64,000 bases of DNA from Piromyces finnis finn (GCA_002104945.1 MCFH01000001.1:1302001-1366000), one strand, 5' to 3'; shown: positions 30,290 through 52,092, counted from the first letter of the stretch. The notes: generated from the letters alone by a model not told the origin. Made by a program: numbers and translations.

Positions 30290-32235
30290 TTGTATTCTTT
30301 AGCCTTCATAACAGTTTTTAAATTTATAAATATGAAAGAAGTATTTTTTAGAGGTATTTATTACACTCTGTTCAACATTTTATTATTTATAAACGTTGCT
30401 ATGGTGGCCTTTTCGCTGATGACATTATTCTGATTGTACCTAGCAAGATGAACCTTCAAAAGATGCCAAATCTAGTTTTTGATCAAGCTAATTTAAATAA
30501 AATGTCTTTTGGAAGAAATAAGTGTGGAATTATTGCCGTTAAACCTAATAAATCCCCTAATTATGTAGACCCAATCTATTACATCGGTATTTACTTAATT
30601 CCAATGGTTTCATGTTCTACTTGTCTTGGAATCCCATTCTACAAAGATCTTTCTCTAACTTCTATTCTATCTAGCATGTACAAAAAAGTTCAAAAATTTT
30701 TATTCTCTTTTAAGAGCTTTCTCATCAACAATTGTGTTCTTATTAGCCTAAAATATATAGTCATTTATTCCTATATTTTAAGTAAAGTCTCATATTATGC
30801 TTCATTACTTGGTTTCAACAAAAATAGAATTTATAGAGTTCAACTCCTAATCAATATTGTTACATTATGAAGTGTCAATAGCTTTCACAATAATAGTCTA
30901 AATAACAAATTTATATATTAGTCTTATTACTCTTAATAAATTTAAAGATATCTACCATTGCAGGTATTTGTTCTGCGCAACAAGTGAAATATTTTGTTAG
31001 GTGGTGAAAAGCGAACTACATTATTAAAGATTTCGTCCGACTTATTCCTCTCTTGTCTTGAGTCAAAAAAACTTATTCATTGCATAAGAAACTATTCTCT
31101 AATGCTAAAGATATTAGAGAATATTTGATAGTTTAACGAATTTGTAGAAACTAAAGATTTTACTAAATTATTTTATGAGCACCTCAAATTTTCATATAGC
31201 TACTACTGACTATTGAAAGCACGAAACAAATACAAGTTAGATGTTGCTAAATCACTAAATTAATTAATCCAGTTTGGTCTAACTACTGTTCATATTGCAA
31301 AAGTGGTAATTCAACATTAGTTAACTGAATGTTTAAGATTTAATGATATCCATATTAAACATTACAAATGCCTTGTCTGAATTATTTAATTATCATGACA
31401 AAAGTCATTCAAGAAGTCCCATCAATAATATAATGACATTAATAATAGAAATAACAATAGTAACATTAATAATAATAGTAATCATAGTAATAATTATATT
31501 AGAGCTAGTAGTATATATTGAAGATGATACTTTAAGTTTGAGTAACTCCTACAGTTTAAATAGTAATCATTAATTATAGCAAATAAAAATTTTATAAATT
31601 CCATTTCTCACTATGATAATAATTTTTATTATATATTTATGTGGAATTAACTAATGATGGCTTTAATAATTCAGTGAATATTAATATCTATATTAAAAAA
31701 AAAAAAAAATTTAAATCCTTTCTTGGGGAAAGAAGTTTAAACATTAATAATTATTCGAGGAAATGGAAAGAACTTTTCAAGTGTCGGATTAATCAAGATA
31801 CTTATGAAGGATTTCTATTTTTGGTGTTCATCATGGAACCTCTAACCATAATAGTGCCTTTTGAGCATTGACCTTTGTTGGCCAATGCTCAAAAGGTTTA
31901 TAGTAATAACCAAGAGTATTAATGCTGAAGAAACAATAAAATAGACCAGATTAACTAATGAATAACATAATTCTATTCCATAACTGAATTTGATCTCTGA
32001 GACTGAGTCACCATTGGAAGTCAAATAAAATTATTATACTCAAGTATAATAATGGCTTTCTTTAAAATTACTAGAATACATTTTATCCATTCTTTATTTA
32101 TTTATGTTAAGTTTTAAATTAAAAGGTAAAAATTTTAAAAATAAATTTAATTTTTGAATGTAGATGTATTATAATATTAAATAATAAAGATTTTAACATA
32201 ACACATTTGCTGCTATTATAAAAAAAAAAAAAAAA
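30290..32235 (+). mobile_element. 5'-truncated decayed LINE (family A, copy 2): RT domain end, Cys/His zinc knuckle, C-terminal domain, poly(A)
   Basis: RT motif GGLFADDIILI (FADD at 30412-30423), then KMSFGRNKCGII and CLGIPF. Frameshifted zinc-knuckle remnant YCSYCKSG...TECLRFN at ~31284-31345, an Asn-rich linker, FLGE...KCRINQDTYEG, and a poly(A) at 32220-32235. Confidence 0.85.
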
Positions 32236-32269
32236 TTTTTTTTGCTTGATTTTAATCTAAGACAGATAA

Positions 32270-32450
32270 AAACATTTCAGGGAAGGAATACATATCGAAT
32301 TGTAAGCATTTAAAAATCTATATCATTATATTATTCACATCTTTATAAATATTCTATTATAGGCAAAATATACATTAAATCAAGTTGAATGCCTCGATAA
32401 TTAAAAAAGCTCTTTTATCATTTATTATTATAATAATAATAATAATAATA

Positions 32451-32539
<89 letters not shown>

Positions 32540-32900
32540 TAATAAAGAAATATGAAAATAAAAAATTAATTAAAAAAAGCTTCTAGATAGTGGTAATAGT
32601 AATAATGAAAATAATAACATTAATTATTTAGATTTTTATAATTTTTATTATATTTTAAATAATTTAGCTAATAATAGTTCTTACAAAAAGTATTTAAATT
32701 TCCCCAATAATAATTCAAAGAAATAAATAGTACTTTGATTTTGATAAATTTAATTATGCAATACACTTTTGAAAATTATTAGAAAAGTCTTTTTAAAATC
32801 GAGGAAGACTATTAAATAGCCAAGAATTTTAAAAATTAATAGTGTCAATGAAAATTATTGTAATGTTTTATCATTTGTATTAATTAAAATTATTTTTTAT
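32270..32900 (+). mobile_element. Possible third, heavily decayed copy of LINE family A
   Basis: GRNTYRI resembles ARNKYKL of copy 2, and VECLDN resembles the zinc-knuckle end. An (AAT)n tract follows, then TTAGCTAATAATAGTTCT, GTATTTAAATT and AGCCAAGAAT...AATAGTGTCAATG, which match copy 1 in order. Confidence 0.45.
32430..32545. repeat. (AAT)n microsatellite
   Basis: Direct reading. Confidence 0.95.
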
Positions 32901-35900
32901 TTTTTTAGTTTTTTTTTATATTATTTTTATAAAATTTTAATAGTAGACTTTTTGAGAAATGAAAATGATATCAGATAAAGTACTTTCATGAAATCTCAAT
33001 TTTTGGTAGTTACTGCTACAACACTTTTTACTAAACTATATTTTATATTATTTACTAATAATGTTAAATATTTAGGTTTAAAAGTAACAATTTATAATAT
33101 ACTGAAAAAATAATATAGTATATCATATAATAAATTTTGATTTTAATCATCAGGATTCATATTAAAAGATTAAAAAATATGATTATATTCAAGTATGGTA
33201 GTGATTTTTTTTTTTTTCTAATTTTTTAAAACTATTAAAACATATTATCCACTTTTTTTTATTTATTTATGTTTTTCATTTCATTTTATTTATATATATA
33301 TATTTAGTTTGTGATTAATATTATAAAAGTTCGAAAAAAAAAAAAGCTTAAACACAAAAATTGAAATTTCAAGTAATGCTTAAATGTTGTGTACTTTATC
33401 AATAGATATAATTATAATCTATATTAAATTTGTGAATATAAAATAATGTAAAAATTCATATATAGATTGATTAATATATTTAAATTATTGACTTAATAAA
33501 ATATTATAATTCTTGATTAAAACTCAATAATTAAAACTTTAAACTAATAAAAAGGAAAGAAAAAGACATTTATAGAGTATTTTCAGTCTTCTAGAAAATA
33601 CTCTTTTATCTTTTGCTATTGAGATATTGATTAATCCTTAACTAAAAATACAATAAACAAATTTATTAATATGTACTTGAAAATAAAGTATTATTTATAT
33701 GAAACCTCAAATTTAAAATTAGTTTTTCTTAGAATACTACTACTACAAATAATAATAATAATAATTATGTACATAAATATTAAGTAGTTAATTATTCAGC
33801 TTTTTTCAAACTTTTTAATTTTGATTTATTATAAGAATAATATATTGAAAATTTAGCTTCATTTAAGTTATTTTTATCTGTTTTTTAACCAAATTATCAA
33901 TTATAGAAATATTAAAAATAAATTTATATTATTACAATTATTAATATCTTTTAGATTATATATATTTTAAATTTTCAAAAGTTAAATGATTCTTATATAT
34001 GCAATTTAAGAAATATTGTTATAAATTTATTATTATATTTTTATTAGTTGTTTGATTAAAAAATATAATTTAAAACACTTTAATATTTTTTTTTCTATAA
34101 AAATAAGTTTTTAAATTGAAGAATTAAAAAATATTGCGATTATTAAACAAATATTTCACTATTTTATTTTATGTTTATATTTTAATATATATATTATTAT
34201 ATATTTAATAATAACTCAACTAAAAAAAGGTTCAAGGTATTATTATTAGTCTATTCTTAATTACACTATTTTTAAACATAACATTGTTCTTTATCTTTTA
34301 AAAAAACTTATTTTCTATTTAAACCTTATAAATAAAAATAAATAAAATAAAATAAAATATAAACTTTCTATTTATTGTATATTCATGTATACAATTTTCT
34401 ATTAAGAAGTTTTAATTAAATAATTCAAACAAAAATTTCTATTTTATATTAATGGATAAGCCATATACATTAAATACATTTATTTGATCAATTATTTATA
34501 TTAAATTTTCTACTAAAGGGTGTGTATAATCCCATATACAAAATGTAATATTAATTATAATTACAATATAACATGCCACTAATTTATATATTCTTAAATT
34601 ATATTATAAGTTTATCTAAATATATTGAAAGATTGAAGCCATAAATCGTATCTTTTTTTTTTTTTTTTTTAATTTTATGCTATTATTAAACTAATTAATC
34701 ATGTAATTTTATTATTTGCTCATTTTTTTTAATTAAGTATTGATTAATATATTTAACAGTATAATCCATAATATATTGTTTGGTTAAATATATTTAAAAA
34801 TCAATCAATAAAAAAATAATATATTTCTAATGATTTGTCGAAATACAATTTAATTAATTGTAATAGATTTTTTAGATTTTTAACGTATATAAAAGTATAT
34901 TTTATAATATATTATTTTTTAAATAAAAAAAATCATATAAATAAATTTTATAATTTATAATCTATATATATTAGATTACAATCTAATATACATAATAGAA
35001 AATAATAAAAAGTTCTAAAATTTATGTATAAAATGTATTATAATATATGTTATTTACATAAAAAAATAAAATTATATTATTGTTTAAATATAATAGACTA
35101 ATATATAAGATAATATAAATATATATTAATGAATGTATAAATGTAATAGATGTAATTAAATAAATAAAATTAATTAATAGACTTTATTTTACTAAAAAAA
35201 ATTTTTATATATTCAAATTATAATCAAATATTATATATTGTTATATAAAATTTGTAAATAAATAATATTATATTAATTTAACACAATTAGATAAAAATAA
35301 ATAAATATTTTTTTTATTTTCTCTTTAAACGTCTACTTAAATTTTTTTTTATATTTTAGTAATATTAAAAAAGGTAAATATAAACATAGCATAGAAATTT
35401 TTAGATTAAAAGAAATAATAATAAAATGGTAAATCAAAATGGAGTATCATAGTAATATTCAAAAACGAAACCTTACTATTGTTGTTAATAAATAAAATAA
35501 AAATATGGTGGTATATAAGTATTCTATATATAAATATTATAGAAAAAAAGTAAACAAAGAAAATCAAATAGAAAATTAAAAATGAAACAATCGAAATGAA
35601 AAATTAAATAAATAATAAATAAAAATAAAAAAAAGTATTATTTATATAATAGCAAAGTATTAAATCAATATTAAAAAAATAAAATAAAATATAAAAGTAT
35701 AAATATAAATATTAATACATATATTAATAAAAAAATATCAATAATGAAAGATGGATTGATGCTTCAAAAAGAAGTGATTTTATCAAATTAATATATATAT
35801 ATTGAAATATGAAAATATATATTAATTCTGTAAAATAATAATAAAAATATTACATTGGAATAAGAGATGATTAATTATTTTTAATATAATTTCATATTAA

Positions 35901-35911
35901 TATAAGATTAA

Positions 35912-36653
<742 letters not shown>

Positions 36654-37346
36654 ATTTAACTAAAACGTTTGAATTTAGTGTGTATAAACATTTTATGTAA
36701 AATAAACAAAAAAAATAGATTTAATTTTTTGTTTATTTTATTTAAAAGTATTTAAATTTTTTTTATTTAATAAGCATATTAAAATTTAATTAAAGTAATA
36801 TAAGCAAACAATAATAAATCATTCAATTTACCAATTAAAGCCAAAGCAAAAAAAAAGAACATACTAATTTAAAAAAATATTAAAATCATTAATTACAATA
36901 AAAGTCTACTTTATATCAAAAAATAAAGGTATAAAGGAATTCCATGTTAGGAAAAATGTTAGAATAAATAAATATTTCTTATTTTTCTCTCAAAAATCAT
37001 AAAAAATAAAAATAATAAAACAAATTAAAAATAAAAATAATAAAGCAATAGACTATTTTTTAAATAAAAATTGAGTTTTATTTTTTTTTTAAAATATTTT
37101 TTTTTTAAAAAAACTAAAAAAAAATAGAATTAATTGTTATAGAAACTATATTTCTTTATTTAAATGTGTTCTGTATACTTAGTAATATAGAAAAATATTA
37201 TATTTTTTAGAACAAAAGTATATTCATTTTATGTATTTATAATTGATATTTCATTTAATAATTTTTGTATTGCCAATGTTATGAATATTAAATGTAATAA
37301 TACTGTTTTTGAAGGATATATTTATCGAAAAGTCATAATTGTATTT

Positions 37347-38025
37347 CAATAATCAATTCATCACTTACTCCCTGAAATGGAAGTAAGAAAAACAATTCAT
37401 AACTATATTTTTACATTCCTTCTTGGTGGAACTTTAGCTTATGATGAACTACAAATCGATAAGGCGGAACAAAGACATTTGAAAGAACAGCTCTACAGTT
37501 CATTAGGATCTCATGTCCCATATGTAGAGGGTCTCGCGGCTCTTCTTACTAAGCCTCTCAAAAAGTAGCTCAATGAAGCTACTTTTTGATAGGTTTAGTA
37601 AGACACCTAACGTAATCAAGAGCGCCGACGTCGTACCGATATGGCAAAGGAACATTCCTAATGTTCCGTACACAGGGTTCAATGTTAGTATTTCTTTGAA
37701 TGAAAACATTATGAGCTCATGGGAGAGTTTAGTGGACACCACACTATCGTACCTGATGTTACTACTCTTTTTTATTTCATTTAATTTATTAGGTAAGGAC
37801 CAATCCCACACAGTACGAATTGCAGAGTTCATTGAACTTTTATGCAACTTTAATAATTATTTTATATTTATATTTATATTTATATTTTTATATATATATA
37901 TTTTATTATTTTTATTTTATTATTATATCAATATGTATTATCATCTAATAAAATGTAATATTTCAAATTAAATAAATAAATACGTGAAAAAGTGTATTCT
38001 CTTCCTAGTCTAAAAGAAAAAAATA
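37347..38025 (+). mobile_element. 5'-truncated LINE 3' end (family B, long copy) with 12-bp TSD
   Basis: TSD ATAATTGTATTT at 37335-37346 and 38026-38037, with an A-rich tail after CTTCCTAGTCT. Encodes IFTFLLGG (37416-37430)...PYVEGLAALLTK and, after a 1-nt frameshift in an A-run, MKLLFDRF. Confidence 0.85.
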
Positions 38026-40822
38026 ATAATTGTATTTTTTTTTTAAAAAATGAAAAAAAGCAATGGATATTCTAAATTAAAATCAGAGCCTTAGTAGAAA
38101 CTCTTTATTCTTGAAAATTATTAATAAATAAAAAAATCTTGATAATTTTTTTTTCTTTTTTAAATAAAAAATACAAATTAGTAAAATAATAATAATAATA
38201 ATAATAATAATGTTTGTTATTCTTGCTTAAAGTATAGTTTAGCTAATATTTTATTTATTTATACATATTATTTGTTAGTATTTGTTATTTTTATTTTTTT
38301 TTTTTTGTTATATGTATTTATTTAGTTATTAGTTTTTATAAACATCAATTTAATAATTTATTATTATGAAAATAAAATACATTCCAAAATAATATTTTAT
38401 GTATTTTTTATGTATTTGTATTTTATAAAATTATAAATTAATATTGTACTACATTTTTTATTTGGTTATTTTTTTTTTTAAAAAAAAGGAATTAAGAAAG
38501 TTACAATATTTATATTATAAAAATAAATATAAATAAATAAAAGATTATAAAAAACCCAAATAGTTTTTTAAGTGTAAACTAAATTTATTCCTGACAATTA
38601 TTATATAAAATTTATTATATATTGCTGAAAATAAACTAACCCTTACAAAGCTATATTTTTTACTACAAAAATTAAAAAATACAAAAAAATATAAAAAATA
38701 CAAAGATTGACAAAAAATAAAAAATGAATATTCAAGTTTTTATGTAAGAATAAAGACCATCATTCTTTCCTTTTTTTTTTTTTTACTAATTTGTACCTGA
38801 AATTGCATCTTTTGATATACTATATTATAATATTTTAATTTATTAAAAGTATATAAAGATTAAAAAAAAAATATATTCTTTTATTTGTACATCAAGTTAA
38901 ATGTAAGATTTTTATATATATAGTTGTTATTAATTATAAAATGAGATATAAAATATATCCCATTTTATATAGCTTTCACAATATTCATTGTAATACTCTA
39001 ATAAATGTCCTACTAAGAATAGATTAATTAATTTTATTTTATTTAGAATGTCAAAATTATTCATTATTGACCCGTTTTTTATTTATTAATATAATTAATA
39101 CATATTTAATTTATTAGTCTTTTTACATTCTTTTTTTATAATTAACTTTGATTAGAAATTAACCAATAACGACATCAAATTCAATTTTATTCCATTTTAA
39201 CTCTTTAAATTGTTAAACCATTTCATCATCAAGTAAATTAAAAGATTTATGAATATTAATGTTACTGGAAGTAAATGATAAAAAAATAAAAACAGTAAAT
39301 TTTAATTAAATATATATATATAAATAAATTAATAGGTATTGATACGAAGTTATAATAGTATTATAATAATTAATAATTAATATATATGTATATATAAACC
39401 ATGGCATATTGACGACGTTTTGTTCACAACTAAAAAAATGAAATAATTGTAATATACCTATTTTTTGATGATATTATCAAAGGTATATTCTATTACTATT
39501 TAGTTATTACTTTTTAATTGGTAATAATAACAATGGTTACTTATAAAGTTTTAAGAAGTGGAGTATTTGATATATGTTTTTTTTATTTATTTTATGTTGG
39601 AATAAAATATAAGACGTAATATAAAAATTTAGAAAATTTTAAATAGTAAATATTAAATTTATCACTTTTTACAAAATTTAATAAATAGCAAACAATAAAA
39701 ATTAAAAGAAAAAAAGGAACAAAAACAAATTAATTTTTCTTTATCTAATTAAAACACAACTATTCCTTTTTTTTTATATTAATGAATGTATTATACCTTA
39801 TACCTTTAAGAGATTTAAGAAAAAAGCAATATTTTATTACATTATTACATATTATATTTTATTATAAATTTAACGATATTTGACAATGTCAAAAAGGGGT
39901 TTGTAACTCCAATAGTTAATGTATAATGGTTATAAATAATAAATAAATAAATAAAACATTATTATTATAGCTATCTGTATGAGGATTAATTGTAACCCAT
40001 TTCTATTTATTATTTTATCTTTGATTTATTTTTATATAAGACTATTGGTTTGATGAACTAAATTAATAAATTGGTTTATATGCTATTATATTAAAAAATA
40101 ATTAATAAAATTTATGTTTATTTTTTCAAAATCTATGATACTACCATTTTAAAGCTTAAATATTAATAAAATAGCAGGAAAAAATAGAATAGTATTTTCT
40201 ATATCTTTCTTACTATTATTAATTATTATTAATCCATTATTAAAATCGAAAATCAATTATTAAATTACTTATTGTTAATGTTTTAATTAAATGATTTTTT
40301 ATGACATTTTTTTTTATATACTATATTCCTTTTAATCATATATTATCAATGATATTATTTATAAAATTTAGATTTAATAGAGTTTGTCGTGTTTTCATTG
40401 GCTGAAAATATAGGCTATAATAATACATTGAATCAAAATAATTGTGTTAAATAATATATTAAGAAATATTAATGGATAAATTTTAATATATTGAATACAA
40501 ATAAATTTTAATCTTATAATATATTAAAAAAAAAAAAAAGTAATGGATCAATTTCCTTTATATATAAATTTTGTTTTTGTGTAATATTTATTTTTTCCGT
40601 AATTGTTTTTAATAGGATTAGATTTAATATTAAAACTTTATGTATATATCAGTATTGTAATATATGGAAATCATATATTATAATTCAATTCTAGTTCCTT
40701 GATTTTAAATAACATTTTAAAACACTTTACTAAAACTTAAAATTTCTATTAATAATTATTTTTAAAAAATTTTTTTTTCTTCTTCTTTTTTTTATCAACA
40801 ATTATATATATAATTTTTTATC

Positions 40823-42493
<1,671 letters not shown>

Positions 42494-43283
42494 ATTAATT
42501 AAAATTACTCAATTTATTAATTTTAAATGGAATACATTTTTTTTTACAATATAATTATGTATAAACTTTTTAGAGATTATAAACATTAAAAAATCGGGGA
42601 AAAATTAATTAATATAAAAATCCAAACAATAATTTTAAGAAGCTAATAATCAGTACTTTTTTTTATTATTATAAAATATTTTTCTAAAAGTTATAATTTC
42701 TTTTTTGAGTTAACGAATAATTAATTATAATAACTTAGAGAAACAAACATTCATTCAAATAACATAATAAATTAATATGTTTTTTTCTATAAATAATCAA
42801 GTTTATTAATTTCCAATACATAGAATAAGCAAATACAAAAACAAAACAAAAACAAAACAAAAAAACCAAAAAAAAAACCAAAAAAAAAAAAAAACCAAAA
42901 TAGAAAAACATGAAAACATAATACACACTATATTAAATTTATAATATTATATATTTCAATGAAGTATATTTTGAAAAAGAAAATAATTAATAAATAATTT
43001 ATAATAAATATATATATTTTTAATATTTTTTTTTTTTTAATTTTTTGTAAAGTGTTTTTTCTGTTTAATCTTATAAGTGTAAAAATAAAATTAATTTTTT
43101 TTTTGAGAAATGATGCCAGAATATCAAAATATAGGTTTTCTATTTTAAAAATTAAATATAAAGATAGAACTACTTGTATTATTTAATAGAGAATAATATA
43201 CCATTTAATTTGAATAGTACAAATAGAAAATTTGTGTTTTGAGATTTAATAAAACATATAATTCGATCTATATTCCGATATTT

Positions 43284-43582
43284 CAGGGTTCAATGTTAGT
43301 ATTTCTTCGAATAAAAACATTATTAGCTCATGGGAGAGTTTAGTGGACACTACACTTTCGTACCTGATGTTACTTTTCTTTTTTATTTCATTTAATTTAT
43401 TAGGTGAGGACCAATCCCACACAGTACGAATTGTAGAGTTCATTGAACTTTTATACAACTTAAATAATTATTTTATATTTATATATATATATATTATTTT
43501 TATTTATTATATATTATATCGATATGTATTATCAAATTAAATAAATAAGTATTCTCTTCCTAGTCTAAAAAAAAAAAAAAAA
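43284..43582 (+). mobile_element. Short 5'-truncated copy of LINE family B with 14-bp TSD
   Basis: TSD ATATTCCGATATTT at 43270-43283 and 43583-43596; A16 tail. Matches 37673-38011 (about 11 differences in the first ~190 bp, counted by eye). Confidence 0.92.
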
Positions 43583-44301
43583 ATATTCCGATATTTAATA
43601 ATGCAAGAGATACTTTGTAAATATTTTTAAATTAATAACTAGTATATACTACATACTCTATTTTCCAATATTGTAATGATAAGAACATTTTTTTTTTAGT
43701 GTACAAATATCAAAAGTGCTTAATTATCACTATTTTAATATTTATTAATCTTAGTCATATATATATAAAAGGATATTATAGTATAGATTACTACTTTAAT
43801 GTTAACAGAAAAATAGTATTACTATAATATTCAGCCATTATTAAAAACCAAACAATACATATGTTTTCTTTTATACTTAAAAATTCAAATAAGATGCTGC
43901 TAAATAAAAGAGGACAATAGATTAATGATATTTTTTCTAGCCTATTGTCAATAGTTTTTTTTTTTTTTATTTTGTTTTATGAATTTTTATAATGTAATGG
44001 TTGTTTTTAGCATTTATTTAATAGTTTAGATATTTATATAGTTTCGTTCTAATATTAAAATCTTTATATATATAAAAAAACAATTTATAAAAGGTTTATA
44101 AATATTCAAACACATTATTATTATTATTATATGATTACTCATTTTCATCAATAATTTATTAAAGTATAATTATTTTTTTATTTATCATTATATATAGGTA
44201 TTGTAATTTATATAATTAATTATAATAATATATTACAAATGTATTTTTTCATTTTTTACACTATTTTATTTTGTTACTATTTTTATTTTTTTTTTTTTTT
44301 T

Positions 44302-44349
<48 letters not shown>

Positions 44350-44513
44350 CTAATATTAATAATATAACTATTTATTTATTTTAATTTTTTTTTTTTTTTG
44401 TAATGTTTTTATTGTCATTAGGTAAACATTATAAAAATATTTATATAAATGAATATATATTATATATTTGTTTTAAAACTAATAAAAGTATTAAACAAAT
44501 GTAATAAAATATT

Positions 44514-48448
<3,935 letters not shown>

Positions 48449-49759
48449 TTTTAATTTATATAGTTTTTGTTATAGATAAATTTAGCTAATTGTATAATTG
48501 TATAAATGCTTCCTATTTATAATAATAATATGATTATACGGAATAATTTATTTTCTTAATTATTGGCGTTATTATTTGTTATTTAAATATATATAAAATC
48601 TATATTTTTATTTAAATGTAATATATATATATATTATGCTTAGTATTCTGTAATTAATATTAATAATTAAATTTATAAAAATGATTGTAATAATAATATT
48701 AATAATTATCAATAGTCTTTATACGGTTTATAATTATAATACTACTTTATTTCTTATTTCTGTTTTTTTTATCATTATTTATTTTATCCTATTAAATTTA
48801 AGTATTCAATGTAATTTATAGAAATTATATGGTTTAATCATATATTAAATGATTATTTTTTAGAAATTTAGAAAGCCCACATATAATAATAAATGTATTT
48901 TTATTTAATTATTCTATTTTTTTTTAATTTATACTCATAATATATATAAGTGACTTTGAGGAGAATAAACAAATCAAAATGATATATATACATAAATGTT
49001 TTCTAGTTGAATGAATATTATTTAATATTTTTTTTTTTTTTATAAATTAAAATTGATATGTTATTTATGTGAATTAATATAATAAGTTGGAAGTATTATT
49101 ACATTTTACTGTGAATATTAATATTATATATTTTTGTTTTTAAAAGTGCTTTTTTTTTCTTTAAAAACAATTTACTAAATGGTAATAATGCTGATAAAAT
49201 AAATAAAACAGGCTTACTTTATTTTTGATATTATTTATTATTTTTTTTAATTATTAATTATAAAATTTTATTATTAATATTTTTTTTAAATTAAATTAAA
49301 TAATTAATATTAAAATTATTAAAAATTTATTTTACTATATCAAAAAGTTAAATCATCCATAAAAAAAATTTATAATTTAAATGTTAATATGTAATAAACA
49401 CTATTAAAATAAAAATAAAAAAAATAATAATATTTATAAGAAAATAAAATGAACATATAAAAAAAATGAAATAAATTTTATGATATTTAATTATAATAAA
49501 AATATTATTTTTTTTCTTAATAAATAAATAATAAAATAATATTAATTTTTATTATTTTTTAGTTAAATGACAATTATTTTCATTATTTCATCAAAATACT
49601 AATGTAATTTATTTTGTAAAAAAACGTTAAACCATACTTTCTGTTGTACAAAGGTTAATATAAACTCTGAGTTTAAATTTTATAATTTCAATAATGTATT
49701 ATTTTTAATGTTAATGTACGTAATTTATTTATATTCAATATGTACAAAATTCTATATTC

Positions 49760-49760
<1 letters not shown>

Positions 49761-49833
<73 letters not shown>
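49761..49833. repeat. (AAAT)n microsatellite
   Basis: Direct reading. Confidence 0.9.
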
Positions 49834-49834
<1 letters not shown>

Positions 49835-51189
49835 CATTATAGTAACTACTTTTTAATCTAAAAAAGATGCTATCGATTAATGAAAAATAAAAAAAAAAAC
49901 AAGAATAATATATAATGATAATCAGTAATACTAAGTAATAAAACTTTTATAAATTTCTAAAAAAAACATTAAGATGGGATTATTTATGGTTACAGATGAT
50001 TTTGACCAATAAAAATATTTGAATTAATTAATACTTTGTTTTTTTTTCAATTGAATAAAATCTTTCCAGCTTTTAATTTATGTGGTAGATATATTGAGAA
50101 ATTTATAATTATTTTAAAAATAATAATAATAATTTTATATCAATTAATCAATTATTTAAAATTTTTTTTTAAAAAAATTATAAAATAAAAACAAAACAAA
50201 ATAGAAAAAAAAATAATAAAGTTAATAATTTAATAAAAACAAAGAGTATCAAAAAAAAAAAAAAAAAAGAAAGAATTAACAGTTAAAAAAATATTAAAGT
50301 AAATATATTTATAATATACATAAAGTAATCATAGCGAAATAATAATTATGTATATATTATTTTATTGTTTATTTTTTTGATTTTAAATAAAGTAAAAAAA
50401 TACATCAATGGAAATAAATAAATAAAAAAATAAAGCAAGATTATACATTTGAAAAAAAAAGGAAAACAAAATATATAAATAATGTTTAGGAAATGGGGAG
50501 TAAAAAACAATATTTTAAAAATATGTAATATTCAAGAATGTCATCAATAATATTATATACGGCATATAAATGAAATAAAATAAAATAAAATAAATAAATA
50601 AATAACAGAAATAGTATTAATCTATAATCTATAATATCTTTTTAATATAATCATAATTCCAATATAATTCCAATATGCTATAGATTATTATATGTATATA
50701 TTATCTTATAAAACATATACAACAACAACAATAATAATTATAACAACAACAACAACAACAACAATAATAATAAGGATAATAATAAATAAATTTAAATAAT
50801 AATTATTTTTAAAATAAAATTAATAAAAAAATTATTTTATGTTGATAAAAAAAGAAATAAAATAAAAATATAAATTTAAATAGTAATATTGGAAATACAT
50901 TTTTTTTCAACTTATAAACAATTATTTCTTTAATTTTGAATAAATTATCGATAATTTTTCTTACTGTTATCTGTTATGATATTATAGTATAAATTTGATG
51001 TTAGGATATATATTATTTTACTAGTAAAATTATTTTATTTAGATTGAAGCATCAATTACTTTTTTTTCAAGTAAAGAAATTTCTTTTTGTTTAATGAAAT
51101 AATAATCACAAATTTAACTTTATTTTATTTTAAATTAAAGTAATAGATTAATTTCCTTTTAAAAAAAGAAAAAGATTATTAGAAAGAAA

Positions 51190-52092
51190 ATGAAGTCATT
51201 TTTAATACTGTTAGGAATAGCACTTTTATGTTTATTCCAATTTACTCAAGCTTTAAGTACTTTTACTATTGATCTTCCAGCTCAAGAAGAAGCTTGTTTC
51301 CTTGAAGACTTAGCTAGCCAAGAACAACTTGATCTTGCCTTCGAAGTTTACGACAGTGACAATCTTGAAATCGATTTCTACGTAATTATTTATTATATTA
51401 ATTGTTTAAAATATATATAATTCATGCTTTTTATAGTGAAATATTCTAAATAATAATACTATAAATTAAAATTTTTTAAGATTAATGCCCCAAATGGTGA
51501 TATTGTTTATCGTTTATTCAAGCAACCATCCATGAGTTACAGTTTCTATGCTACTACCGAAGGTGTTTACCAATACTGTTTCAGTAATAAGTTCAACGGT
51601 GATGACAAAAAACTTCATTTCTCTGTCCATGGTCCAAATGAACGTACTTTAATTTTATCAAAGTCTGCTGATTCTGAAGATGGTATAAAAAATAAGAAAT
51701 CAATCTTTTAATAAAATCTAGAGAATTATTTATTAAATTTAATAAAATATTTAATTATTATTAGCTGCTGGTCAAATGGTTGATCCAATTGAAAAGGCTA
51801 TTGAAAGACTCTCTTCTTCTCTTCGTTTTATTCGTGATGAACAAGCTCATATGTACGTCCGTGATAAAGTTCATAATTGGAGTAAGTTACTAAATAGTAT
51901 TATATTATAATATATATTATAATAAGGAATATCAAATTCATTTTCAATTTAATTAATTTTGTAATAACAGCCGCAAACAGTAACAATAGACGTGTTTCAA
52001 TTTGGTCTATTTCTGAAACTGTTATGTTAATTTGTGTTAGTGCTTGGCAAATTTATTACTTAAGAAGCTGGTTCTCAGTATCTCGTAATTAG
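51190..52092 (+). CDS. p24/TMED (emp24/gp25L) cargo receptor with GOLD domain
   Basis: Exons 51190-51381, 51481-51682, 51765-51881, 51971-52092 encode a signal peptide, EACFLEDL, YQYCFSN, a coiled coil, NSNNRRVSIWS, a TM helix and the tail QIYYLRSWF. Confidence 0.92.

Noticed and set aside
33574-33604. 11-bp inverted repeat AGAGTATTTTC...GAAAATACTCT and other small palindromes (e.g. 16085-16098)
   Set aside because: Isolated, with no TSD or second copy, and plausible by chance in AT-rich DNA.
37503-37847. Antisense ORF (MHKSSMNS...) also open at 43246..43458
   Set aside because: It lies opposite the LINE ORF in two ~94% identical copies, so shared openness is expected without selection.
39150-39460. 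Coding-like scraps (minus-strand KSFNLLDDEMV*QFKELKW; plus-strand IDDVL)
   Set aside because: They are short, interrupted by stops or frameshifts, and cannot be assigned. At most they are old element debris.
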